This document shows, one piece after another, positions 29,424-38,372 of a stretch of DNA of 64,000 bases. Both the position numbers and the translations under genes were made by a program. Under the pieces are notes generated by a model. The model was not told where the DNA came from. It was given only the letters and a program-made list of their open reading frames with translations, and ran no database searches. Within the stretch, counting starts at the first letter, position 1; the number at the start of each line of letters is the position of its first letter. Source of the stretch: Desulfomonilia bacterium (GTDB lineage Bacteria; Desulfobacterota; Desulfomonilia; UBA1062). The stretch lies in the NCBI GenBank assembly GCA_050014195.1, contig JBEKDT010000006.1, positions 1 to 64,000 on the forward strand, in the 5' to 3' direction.

Positions 29424-30477
29424 TGCTGCAGCAAGATATCGCCTCCTCATAAAGATCGGGCTCGGCTTGTATGCATTCATCTGCCTTGTTCTCTTTATAT
29501 GGATGCGCTTTTCCTATGATGCACTCAAATACAAGGTTGAAGATACCTTGACGGGTGTCATCGGAAGCCAGGTCATTCTTGGTCATATCCACCCCAATGT
29601 GCTGTGGGGCTTTACCATAGACGGCCTTGAGATCAAGGGTGTACCGGTGGCCAAGAAGGTCACCATCACACCAAGGCCGTGGGACATCTTTTGGGGAGGC
29701 CTCGGCTTCGGCTTTCATGTCGACTTTGTGTCAGGAATAACCGACGGGCATATCAGATTACCCTTCGGAAAGAGCAAACGCCCCATGAATATCACCCTTG
29801 ATATGACGAATGTGGACCTGTCGAAGTTTTCCAAGGTTTTTCCTCCAAGCATGACCCCCAAGGGGAGCATGAGCGGGGAGCTTAACCTCACCACCCCACG
29901 CGATTCGCTTGACAAGGCAACGGGAAACCTGGCGCTGACCTGGAAGAAGGGTACATTGCCGCTAGGTATGGAAATGCTCCCCTTCGATGCACTTGTATTT
30001 GAGAACCTGGAGCTTGACGGCAAGATTGACAACGGCCTTTTAAGCCTGGAAAAGGCGGAGTTTACAGGTGAGTTCTCCGGGGCCATGAATGGAACTATCC
30101 GGTTTTCAAGCAGTATTAAAAGATCCAGGCTTGCCATTACCGGTGAGTTGAACCTTCCGGAATCCATGAAAAAGGCCCTTGGTCCCGAGTATGACTCATC
30201 CGGTCAGGGGAATAGGTTCAGCCTCAGGGGCAGCATAGAAAGGCCGCGTTTTCGTATGATGGGCGCCCCAGGACGCCAGATGCCGGCCGTTCCGGCACAG
30301 GATGTCGGTGCAAACAGCCAGGTGCAGCAATCCCCGGAGCGCCATCAGCCGGAGCGGGCAAAACAGGAGGCGGCCGCCCCCGGCCAGGCACCTGTATCCA
30401 TAGACCGCCGTCCGCCCGACAGATCAGTCCCGGATGATACGCAAGGTGATAAGGCAATAGAACCAGAGGGGCAATGA
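29416..30477 (+). CDS. gspN: T2SS protein N
   Basis: N-terminal TM, beta-rich body ending LRGS..RP, low-complexity tail; gene order. Confidence 0.75.
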   Translation: MADAAARYRLLIKIGLGLYAFICLVLFIWMRFSYDALKYKVEDTLTGVIGSQVILGHIHPNVLWGFTIDGLEIKGVPVAKKVTITPRPWDIFWGGLGFGFHVDFVSGITDGHIRLPFGKSKRPMNITLDMTNVDLSKFSKVFPPSMTPKGSMSGELNLTTPRDSLDKATGNLALTWKKGTLPLGMEMLPFDALVFENLELDGKIDNGLLSLEKAEFTGEFSGAMNGTIRFSSSIKRSRLAITGELNLPESMKKALGPEYDSSGQGNRFSLRGSIERPRFRMMGAPGRQMPAVPAQDVGANSQVQQSPERHQPERAKQEAAAPGQAPVSIDRRPPDRSVPDDTQGDKAIEPEGQ

Positions 30478-30478
30478 C

Positions 30479-31156
30479 ATGAATGATCAGAACATATTTG
30501 CAAAACATTTTCCACAGGTCATCAGGCTTTCCTGGGAAGAGGTTGAGGATCTTCTCTGGAAGATCTTTCTCGACATGAAGGCTCAAGGCTACGATCCTGA
30601 CGTTTTAATCGGCGTGGCGCGGGGAGGTCTTGCACCTGCACGAATCCTTATGGATTACCTGCAGAAGAAGTACATATGCACCTTCCAGATGGGGCATTGG
30701 GACGGTGATACCTCCTTAAGCGAAAAACCCAGGATCATCTTTCCCCTGCCCGATGTCGATCTCACTTCAAAACGGGTACTCGTCGTAGACGACGTTTCCG
30801 ATGAAGGCGGAACCATGGAAGAGGTGGTCTCATACCTCTCGCCGCGGGTGAAGGACATCCGTACGGCAGTGGTGGTGAGAAAAGCGGATTCGAGGCTCAG
30901 GTCCGACTTTTGTCCCAAGACCATGGACGAGTGGATGTGGGTTATGTTCCCATGGTCGAAACACGAGGATCTGCTCTCTTTCACCGAGAAGGTGCTTCAG
31001 CTTACGGGTGGGGCGAGTGTTGAAGATATCATCAGGATCCTTCAGGAGGCCATGGGTGTAGAGATAGCCAGGCATGAGATCGAACAGGTCTTATCCGACA
31101 TGCATCTTGCCCGGGAGGTTGTCGAGGACGCTCGCAAGCTATGGACGTTGATATAA
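30479..31156 (+). CDS. Type I phosphoribosyltransferase (purine PRTase-like)
   Basis: IGVARGG, PRPP loop VLVVDDVSDEGGT, W..FPW. Confidence 0.88.
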   Translation: MNDQNIFAKHFPQVIRLSWEEVEDLLWKIFLDMKAQGYDPDVLIGVARGGLAPARILMDYLQKKYICTFQMGHWDGDTSLSEKPRIIFPLPDVDLTSKRVLVVDDVSDEGGTMEEVVSYLSPRVKDIRTAVVVRKADSRLRSDFCPKTMDEWMWVMFPWSKHEDLLSFTEKVLQLTGGASVEDIIRILQEAMGVEIARHEIEQVLSDMHLAREVVEDARKLWTLI

Positions 31157-32838
31157 CCAGACTGGAGGCTATCCTTTCTCCCTATATCGTCCTCATCAAG
31201 GACTCGGGGGTGGAATATGTCAGTAACGGTCTGGCAAAGAGGCTTGGCATTATCTCGGAGCAACTGAAAAAAAACTTGGAAGGCCTCCCAGAACTTTTTA
31301 CAACCATACAGCACGTGCCCTCTACCGTCTTGCTGACCGCGGCAAATACCGAGGCGAACAAATTTATATGTACCGCCATACCCCTTGATGACTGCCGCGT
31401 GATTGCCTTTTGCGAAGAGCCGCCTCAACTTAAGCCCATTATGGAGTATGCCGATCGTGATACCTTTGTCCGCATGTTTAACTCTGCGTATATGGGATGT
31501 CTTGTCGTGGACCAAGGGGTGGTGGTCTATACGAATGAATTCCTCAGTTCACTCCTTGGGCTGCACCGTGAGCAGGTGCTCGGCAATAAAGTAATCGATT
31601 TCATTTCCAAGGAGAGCAGGCCGGAGTTTGTCAGGGCTTGTCAGAGGTGGTATGACCCTGACTCTGCCCAGGATGACGCTTATGAGATCATGCTTACCTC
31701 TGCAAGCGGGACCCGCCTTCACTTTATGGTTAAGGGAGGATGGGTCGGGAGGGGCTCGCGGCAACTGCTCTGGATAATCCTCAATGACATCACACAATAC
31801 CTAAAGATCAAACGCACCTTGAAGGAAGAGCAGCAGAAATACCATGAGCTGTTCGGAAGGTCATCCACGGGTATGCTCTTTATCAACCCGCGCGGCAAGA
31901 TAATAGAGTGTAACGATTATGTGGCTGCAGTAATGGGCTACACCAAAGAGCAAATCAATGGAAGCCCATTCACCAAGTTCGTCATACAAGACCAGGCCGA
32001 GGCCCTCAAGGAAGATTTCCACAAGCTTTTCATAGAAGGCTCCGAGATCAAAAAGCGCGAATGCGTCATCAACACATCAAGCGGCCAAGCAGTCCACATC
32101 GAGTACAATGCCCAGGTGATCTTCAGAAAAGGACATCCCATTAGGGCGTTCATGATGTTCACGGATGTCACGGATAAGAAGGCCCTGGAGTTCGAGCTGC
32201 TGGAAAAAAATGCCGAGATGGAGCGTACGCTGTGGGATATGGCCGAGGTGAAGGATGCTTTGGAGGCCCGCGCCGGCGAGCTCAACAAGGCCTCCGAAGA
32301 CCTCAAGTCTCTCAATGAAAAGCTGGGCCAGCTTTCCATCACCGATGGGCTTACCGAGGTATACAACCACCGCCACTTTCAGGACCGGCTGAGTGAAGAG
32401 GTTGAGCGGCTTAACCGGCAGAAGGATGGTATTCTATCGCTCTTGATCTTGGACATTGATGACTTCAAACGGTTCAATGACACCTATGGCCATCAGTGCG
32501 GCGATACGGTGCTCAAACAGCTTGCCATGCTCTTGAAAAACTCGATTCGTACCATCGACATCCTGGCGCGATATGGGGGAGAGGAATTCGCCATCATCCT
32601 GCCCAATGCAAATACGGAACAGGCGGTCATTGCAGCCGAGAGGATCTGCCAGAATGTACGCTCCACAGCGTTTTCTTTTGGTTCCGGAACGACCGTCAAG
32701 GTCACGGTCAGCATCGGGGTCGGAACTATTATGAGCGCCCAGGCGGACAAGTCGGAACTCGTCAGGAAGGCGGACAGCGCGATGTATGCAGCCAAGGCAA
32801 AATGGAAAGACCGGGTAGAGATTTGGGAAGAAGACTGA
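31141..32838 (+). CDS. PAS-PAS-GGDEF diguanylate cyclase
   Basis: Two PAS-like repeats, coiled coil, TDGLT, DIDDFK.FND.YGH, RxxD I-site (RTID), GGEEF. Confidence 0.92.
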   Translation: MDVDITRLEAILSPYIVLIKDSGVEYVSNGLAKRLGIISEQLKKNLEGLPELFTTIQHVPSTVLLTAANTEANKFICTAIPLDDCRVIAFCEEPPQLKPIMEYADRDTFVRMFNSAYMGCLVVDQGVVVYTNEFLSSLLGLHREQVLGNKVIDFISKESRPEFVRACQRWYDPDSAQDDAYEIMLTSASGTRLHFMVKGGWVGRGSRQLLWIILNDITQYLKIKRTLKEEQQKYHELFGRSSTGMLFINPRGKIIECNDYVAAVMGYTKEQINGSPFTKFVIQDQAEALKEDFHKLFIEGSEIKKRECVINTSSGQAVHIEYNAQVIFRKGHPIRAFMMFTDVTDKKALEFELLEKNAEMERTLWDMAEVKDALEARAGELNKASEDLKSLNEKLGQLSITDGLTEVYNHRHFQDRLSEEVERLNRQKDGILSLLILDIDDFKRFNDTYGHQCGDTVLKQLAMLLKNSIRTIDILARYGGEEFAIILPNANTEQAVIAAERICQNVRSTAFSFGSGTTVKVTVSIGVGTIMSAQADKSELVRKADSAMYAAKAKWKDRVEIWEED

Positions 32839-33479
32839 GCATCTCCTTTGATCTTGACGGGACATTGACCGACCCGGCTTTTGTGGATGGTGTCTGGAAT
32901 GAGGGCCTGCCCAGGCTTGTGGCGGACAGCCGCGGCATCGATCTTACCGAAGCGGCGAAGCTCTGCATGGATGCCTACCGCAGCGAGGGAGAGGCGTCGA
33001 TTCTGTGGTATAGGCTTTCCCACTGGCTTGATCACTTCGGATTACAAGGCGTGGACGAGGAAGACCTCATCGATGGTTTCACAAAGCGTATCAGGGTCTT
33101 TGAGGACGCCATCCGGGCCATCGACCATTTCAAGGCCGAGGGCTATCCGCTTGTACTGTTCTCCAATGCGCCGCGGGCATTTCTGAACAGGGAAGTCCAT
33201 TACTGCTCACTCAAAGATTCCTTTGACACCATCATCTCCCTGCCTGATGACTGGGGCATGGTGAAGTCACAAGATGAAGCCTTTCTGCGCCTGAAGTCAC
33301 AAGTACCCGGCGAAGTTATCCATGCGGGAGACCACATCCGCTTCGACTGTGAGGTCCCTCGAATGGCCGGGCTTAAGGCATATCATATCTGGAGGGGCAA
33401 GGGCCCGCGGCTTAACGACTCGCTTGAGAGCCTTGACCAGTTCGTAGACAGGATCATTTGTGCGCAGGTTCACCCGTGA
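32802..33479 (+). CDS. HAD-superfamily hydrolase
   Basis: Motif I FDLDGT, motif II FSN, K, motif IV GD...D; start placed at ATG 32802. Confidence 0.85.
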   Translation: MERPGRDLGRRLSISFDLDGTLTDPAFVDGVWNEGLPRLVADSRGIDLTEAAKLCMDAYRSEGEASILWYRLSHWLDHFGLQGVDEEDLIDGFTKRIRVFEDAIRAIDHFKAEGYPLVLFSNAPRAFLNREVHYCSLKDSFDTIISLPDDWGMVKSQDEAFLRLKSQVPGEVIHAGDHIRFDCEVPRMAGLKAYHIWRGKGPRLNDSLESLDQFVDRIICAQVHP

Positions 33480-34590
33480 ACGCCTCATCCTGCTGACCGC
33501 CCATTTCTTCTTTTTCCTCAACTTCTCCGAGCTGATCCTGCTGCCCAAGTACTTCCAGCATATCGGGATCTCGCCTTCTAAGATCGGCATGCTCATGGGT
33601 GCATTCAGCATCTCGGTGCTCACCGCCCTGCCTGTGGCGGGTATTGTCTCTGAGAGGATTTCACGGAAGGCCCTGTTCATAACAGGTGCCGCACTCATGG
33701 CACTGCCGGGTGCATTATATGGGTGTTTTTCCGATAGATTAAGCGCCCTTTTTCTCTTACGGGTTCTCCAGGGCATCGGCTTTTCATGCGCCTTCGGGAT
33801 CATCGGGGCCATGGTGGCCCAGGGAGCCGATACTGCAGAGAGGAAATACCTGCTCGGCATCCTCACCCTGGTGGGCATTTCCACCCATGCACTGGGCCCT
33901 GTGCTGGGAGAATACCTCATCGGCAGATATGGGTTTCATGCGTTCTTCTTGAGTGCAACCGTCTTAGGGATGGCGGCATCCGGTCTCGGGTTTCTGCTCC
34001 CCCCGCATGTTCTCGGCTCATTTCAGAGGATTCACGCCATGAAATTCATTCCCTGGATATCCGCTTCGAGTGTTGTCCTTGGTGTCATCTTCGGCTCTGT
34101 GGCGGTCTTCCTGCCGCCGTATCTCCTCACCAGAGGCGTGATGAATTCAAGCTTGTTCTTTATTCCATTCGTTCTGGGCAGTCTTTTCATGTGGACAATC
34201 ATCTACCCGCTCATCAGGGCATGGCCGGAGACCACCTTGCGGATTGCCTCTTCAGTTCTTCTTGTTCTGCTGCTTGCATGCATTCACCTGGCGGATGCCA
34301 TGTATGTGTTTGTTTTCCTTTCTCTGCTCTTCGGGATAGGCTATGGCTATCTCTATCCCTGCCTGAATGCCTGCCTGATCGAAGCCAACCCGGCATCCGA
34401 AGGCCTCGCCAACGCCCTGTTCGTCTGGTGCTTCAATTTAGGCATGCTCATCGCCTCGGTGGGCTTCGGGTTTCTCTGCGAGAAGGCCGGATATGAGACG
34501 GCGTTTCGGATGGTAGCGTTTCTGGGATTCCTCTGTATGATCGTGACAGGGATGTGGGGAAGAAAGAGGGCTGTAAGCCAAGAGATGTAG
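33460..34590 (+). CDS. MFS transporter
   Basis: About 12 hydrophobic segments, motif A-like G.VSERISRK, LRVLQGIG. Confidence 0.85.
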   Translation: MRRFTRERLILLTAHFFFFLNFSELILLPKYFQHIGISPSKIGMLMGAFSISVLTALPVAGIVSERISRKALFITGAALMALPGALYGCFSDRLSALFLLRVLQGIGFSCAFGIIGAMVAQGADTAERKYLLGILTLVGISTHALGPVLGEYLIGRYGFHAFFLSATVLGMAASGLGFLLPPHVLGSFQRIHAMKFIPWISASSVVLGVIFGSVAVFLPPYLLTRGVMNSSLFFIPFVLGSLFMWTIIYPLIRAWPETTLRIASSVLLVLLLACIHLADAMYVFVFLSLLFGIGYGYLYPCLNACLIEANPASEGLANALFVWCFNLGMLIASVGFGFLCEKAGYETAFRMVAFLGFLCMIVTGMWGRKRAVSQEM

Positions 34591-34654
34591 GAGCGGCTTC
34601 AGCCGCGACTCTACAATCCATAAAATCCATTGTCGCGCCTGAAGGCGCTCCTAC
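34587..34654. repeat. Inverted pair of GTAG-family REP sequences (REPIN-like)
   Basis: GTAGGAGCGGCTTCAGCCGCGA and the inverted TCGCGCCTGAAGGCGCTCCTAC. Confidence 0.85.
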
Positions 34655-34700
34655 ATCTTAACTGAGGTTGCAGCTGCCTTATTAATTAATATTTTTTATT

Positions 34701-34824
34701 GTTACTTTCTTTTGGTGTCACAATTCTGCAGGACAGCCGAATTGGACGCACTTCACGTGCGCCCGAAGGGCGAAGGCCATGGATGGCCTGAGTCAAAAAG
34801 AAAGTCACCAAAGAAAAGGCGCCC
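34701..34824. repeat. Multi-hairpin repeat with RtT/tRNA-linked-repeat-like core
   Basis: Outer IR ACTTTCTTTT/AAAAGAAAGT encloses stems CAATTC/GAATTG, GCAC/GTGC, GCCC-GAA-GGGC and AGGCCAT/ATGGCCT; CCCGAAGGGCGAAG..GAGT recalls RtT-type repeats. Confidence 0.55.
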
Positions 34825-34825
34825 G

Positions 34826-34902
34826 GTACAGTCTATAGACATAGGTGACACTTTCGTAAAGAGACATGGGTAACACTTTTTTGGGGATATGAGTGCCTTG
34901 AT
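34826..34902 (+). mobile_element. Probable IS481-family left-end remnant (no transposase)
   Basis: Two subterminal direct repeats AGACATAGGTGACACTTT / AGACATGGGTAACACTTT, followed by GTGCCTTGA resembling a broken MPW transposase start. Family assignment from recall. Confidence 0.5.
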
Positions 34903-35134
34903 GAATATGTCCCACGGGCAAGCCCTTTGGGCTTAGCCCGTGCCACCCATTCCCTGAGTATTGTGGTTTAAGCGGTTGTGTCTTTATCCCTCGGTATCAC
35001 TTCCGATACATAAAAACCGACTGACCTGCAGAAAGGACCCCTTTCAAGAAAATGAATGAAGGGAACGATAAAGTGGATCGATGATCACCAAATTACATCT
35101 TGACATGAATATGGGCTGCTGTTTTGATGGCACC

Positions 35135-35710
35135 ATGACCAGGCGGCCGATTGTGTGTTTTGCGGTCTCTGCGCTTTTGCATATTCTTGCCCTGATGATC
35201 CCTTTTACGCTCATGACTTTGCCGATTCATCCTCTTTCCCTGCAGGAAGATACCTTCGCCGTAGACCTGGTGGCCGCCCCATCGCAGAATAGCACATCCG
35301 CCCAGCAGCGGGCCTCGGCCGATCAGCCGGCCGGCCCACAGGCCGCACCGCAGGTCAAGGAAGAGGCCGGGCGGCAAGAAGCGGAATCCGGGAGTGGAGT
35401 AAGCTTCAAGGCCGACCGCACAGTGGGGACGAGTTACCTTGACCTTTTAAAGGCCAGGATATTCCTTGTGTGGAAGTACCCGGATGAAGCCATCCAGAAG
35501 GGGCAGGAAGGCAAGGTGAGCATCTCGTTCGAGCTGAACAGCAACGGAGAGCTCATCGACATCGGCATCCTGGAGAGCTCCGGCTCCAGCAGCCTCGATA
35601 CCGCCTCAACGGCCGCAGTCAAACAGGCAAGCCCGTTCGGACCACTGCCCAAGGATATCAGTGACAAGCCGCTAAAGATCACCGGTCAATTCTGCTATGT
35701 GCTTGATTAG
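35135..35710 (+). CDS. TonB C-terminal domain / energy transducer family protein
   Basis: N-terminal TM with S...H, Pro/Ala/Gln linker, YP..A...G.EG.V, SSG...LD.A, ASPF. ORF open from 35081. Confidence 0.85.
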   Translation: MTRRPIVCFAVSALLHILALMIPFTLMTLPIHPLSLQEDTFAVDLVAAPSQNSTSAQQRASADQPAGPQAAPQVKEEAGRQEAESGSGVSFKADRTVGTSYLDLLKARIFLVWKYPDEAIQKGQEGKVSISFELNSNGELIDIGILESSGSSSLDTASTAAVKQASPFGPLPKDISDKPLKITGQFCYVLD

Positions 35711-35835
35711 GTGAGATGTGACACGTTCTCTTTCATCAGGTTGCGCTTCATGCAACCACTCTCCGAACGACCGGGCACAAGGCCGGCCCCAACGTTTGTT
35801 CATCAAGGTTTGCTCATGCACACCGCAATCTGCAG

Positions 35836-35855
35836 TCGCGGCTGAAAGCTCCTAC
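35836..35855 (-). repeat. Degenerate GTAG-family REP copy
   Basis: Reverse complement GTAGGAGCTTTCAGCCGCGA. Confidence 0.7.
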
Positions 35856-35999
35856 AATACCTATTCACTCGTCGCTCAATTCTGAACACTTTTTCCTTTC
35901 CCATCCAGGCAACATTTGCTCCCCCATAGTGAAAATTTTCCCCTTCGCCATGGGGAGCGCAAACGTGAAACCATGGAAATTCCTTGCTTGGCAGCATGT

Positions 36000-36015
36000 T
36001 GGCACCATGGTTGCT
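36000..36015 (+). promoter_or_regulatory. sigma54 (-24/-12) promoter of fliK-flgD-flgE
   Basis: TGGCAC-CATGG-TTGCT, 33 nt before the ATG at 36049. Confidence 0.85.
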
Positions 36016-36048
36016 GAAAGGATTGCCAATGACGTATATGGAGGGTTC

Positions 36049-37644
36049 ATGCAGTCAGCATTAGATGCGCTTATGGGAATCGCCAGTGGGGCCGTGGGCA
36101 TGCTGCAACAGGCACTCAACCAGAGCAGCCCGAAATCAGGGTTTGATGATCAGCTTAAAAGCGCCCTTGCAGAAACCACGGATTCAGGAAAGGCGCCCCT
36201 TGAAAAGGTTCAGTCGAAGAATGACTCCTCCTCTGATGATGCCTCCATTGTGGCACTCCTTGCCAATGCTCAGGCATATCCCTTGTTGCAGTACGTATCC
36301 ATATTGAACTCCCTGGGCCTTTCCAGTGCGGACGCCCAGGCCCTCCTGTCAGGCAAGGGCTCCGATATTTCTGATGAGGGATTGAAGACGATCCTGACTT
36401 CCTGCGGGATCAATGATGCAGACATTACACAGCTTATGGCCGATCCGAACCAGGTATCCGGCCTCAAGGCCAAACTCGCCGAAATGGTCTGTGCCAAGGT
36501 TCATAATCAGATAGGTGGTGATGCTTCGGACGTAAATGCCATGATCGGGCAGGTAACGGCGGACCAGACGACCTACGATACTGTGGCGGCCCAGTTCATA
36601 GCGAACACAGGGGGAGGCCAAGACCTTACGAAAACACTCGACAACCTCGAACTCCCGATCAGTATGTCTTCAATTGATATCCCGCAATCCTCGGACGAGA
36701 TCAAGATGTCCGTAGCAGCATTTCTACAGGGTGTTAAAACATCGACGCTCAAAGAAGACAAGCCTATCTCCGAGGGAGTTTCCCAGGCCGAGACCGAATC
36801 AGTATCTTCAGGTCAGGTTGTGCCTGAGGTCCAGGAGGCGCTCGATACGCTGGAGAACACCCTCCAGATTCCCAAGAAGACATTGCATGATCTTTTCTTC
36901 GAACAGGACTCTCAGGTTCGTCTCTCAGCAGTTGATGATGCCGCTTCACACATTGCGGGGTCCCTCAAGGCCAATACGGGAAGCGACCTGTCCAAGCAGG
37001 TTACCGGCGCCCTGGGCCTGCTCAAGGGTGCCCTGACAAAAGATGAATTTGCCAAAGTCGAAGATGTCCTGAAGACTTCCAACTCAGATCCAGCACTTGT
37101 TACCGAGCCTTTTACCCTTGATAAGAACACCCTCTCCACCCTGGCTAAAAGTTTGGGTTCAGAGTCGGCCCTGGCCCGGAGCAGTTACACAGACTCCGTC
37201 CTGGACCAGATCAGGCAGGCAATCCCCGGGGGCATGAAGAGCTCTGATGGTTCGATGACCTTGAAGCTCAATCCCCCCATGCTGGGAAGGGTGGACATAA
37301 ACATCAAATTGGAGGATGGACAGATCACGGCATCATTTAAGGTAGACCAGAGCGTCACCCGCGACATCCTGCAGCAGAACATGCATATCCTCAAGGATGC
37401 CCTGACGGATCAGGGGATCAAGGCCACGCAGTTCGTCGTGACCACCGATACCTTCAACTCGCGGGACCACCGCGGTAATCCCCTTGCATGGGCAGGATAC
37501 GAACCGGGTCAAAACGGTTCCTCCAGGCAGCAGGGTAACCGGCAAGAAACAGGAAACCCTGGCAGAGGCCAGGATGAATATTCAGGCAGCTATTTCCCCG
37601 TCCAGGCTTACTCTGAACAGGGCGGGCTCGATATTTTTGCCTGA
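36049..37644 (+). CDS. fliK: Flagellar hook-length control protein
   Basis: C-terminal LKLNPPMLGRV..L..AL.DQG; upstream of flgD; SD GGAGG before ATG 36049. Confidence 0.85.
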   Translation: MQSALDALMGIASGAVGMLQQALNQSSPKSGFDDQLKSALAETTDSGKAPLEKVQSKNDSSSDDASIVALLANAQAYPLLQYVSILNSLGLSSADAQALLSGKGSDISDEGLKTILTSCGINDADITQLMADPNQVSGLKAKLAEMVCAKVHNQIGGDASDVNAMIGQVTADQTTYDTVAAQFIANTGGGQDLTKTLDNLELPISMSSIDIPQSSDEIKMSVAAFLQGVKTSTLKEDKPISEGVSQAETESVSSGQVVPEVQEALDTLENTLQIPKKTLHDLFFEQDSQVRLSAVDDAASHIAGSLKANTGSDLSKQVTGALGLLKGALTKDEFAKVEDVLKTSNSDPALVTEPFTLDKNTLSTLAKSLGSESALARSSYTDSVLDQIRQAIPGGMKSSDGSMTLKLNPPMLGRVDINIKLEDGQITASFKVDQSVTRDILQQNMHILKDALTDQGIKATQFVVTTDTFNSRDHRGNPLAWAGYEPGQNGSSRQQGNRQETGNPGRGQDEYSGSYFPVQAYSEQGGLDIFA

Positions 37645-37664
37645 AAAAAGGAGGTAATTACATT

Positions 37665-38345
37665 ATGTCAACGGTAGGATTAGACAACATTCTTTCAAAC
37701 CAAGCGGCAACGGCTGCGTCATCAACGACATCGACGAGCCAGACCACGGCCTCGTCTGAAAAGGACATGTTCCTGAACCTGCTGGTGAAGCAGCTCCAGT
37801 ACCAGGACCCGCTGAATCCCGTCGAGAACACCGAATTTGCCTCACAGCTCGCCCAGTTCTCTTCGCTTGAGGCGCTTACGAACATGCAGAGCAGCATGGA
37901 TAATATGAGCACGGTCCAGAGCTCCATGAACAGCATGCAGGCCATCTCGTTCATCGGAAAACAAGTGAACGGCAGCGGAAATACCATCAACTATACTGGC
38001 AGCGGCAGCTCCACCATCGACTACAATGTGGGGAGCAATGCATCGGATGTCGTTGTCAAGATCAATAACTCGAGCGGAATGACCGTGCGCACCGTAGATC
38101 TGAAAAATGTCCAGGCAGGGGATAACACCTACACCTGGGACGGCACATCCGACAACGGCACAACGCTCGGCACCGGCACATATACGTTCACAATCAGTGC
38201 CACGGACAGTAGTGGAAGCGCCGTCACCACCACTACGAACACGAGCGGTACGGTCACGGGTGTGAGGTACGACAGCGGGAAGGTTTATCTCGAGGTCGGG
38301 GACAAGGAAATAAGCTTGTCTGATGTGAGTAAGATCACCAACTAA
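37665..38345 (+). CDS. flgD: Flagellar hook cap protein
   Basis: FLNLLVKQLQYQDPLNP..N.EF.SQLAQFS, WDG. Confidence 0.95.
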   Translation: MSTVGLDNILSNQAATAASSTTSTSQTTASSEKDMFLNLLVKQLQYQDPLNPVENTEFASQLAQFSSLEALTNMQSSMDNMSTVQSSMNSMQAISFIGKQVNGSGNTINYTGSGSSTIDYNVGSNASDVVVKINNSSGMTVRTVDLKNVQAGDNTYTWDGTSDNGTTLGTGTYTFTISATDSSGSAVTTTTNTSGTVTGVRYDSGKVYLEVGDKEISLSDVSKITN

Positions 38346-38372
38346 CGAAAGGGTATAAAAAAGGAGGCTTTT

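Noticed and set aside
32496-32801. Long N-terminal extension of the HAD ORF
   Set aside because: Overlaps the GGDEF domain in another frame; HAD motif I begins only after 32802.
35929-36048. N-terminal extension of fliK
   Set aside because: Contains the sigma54 promoter and SD; the real start is ATG 36049.
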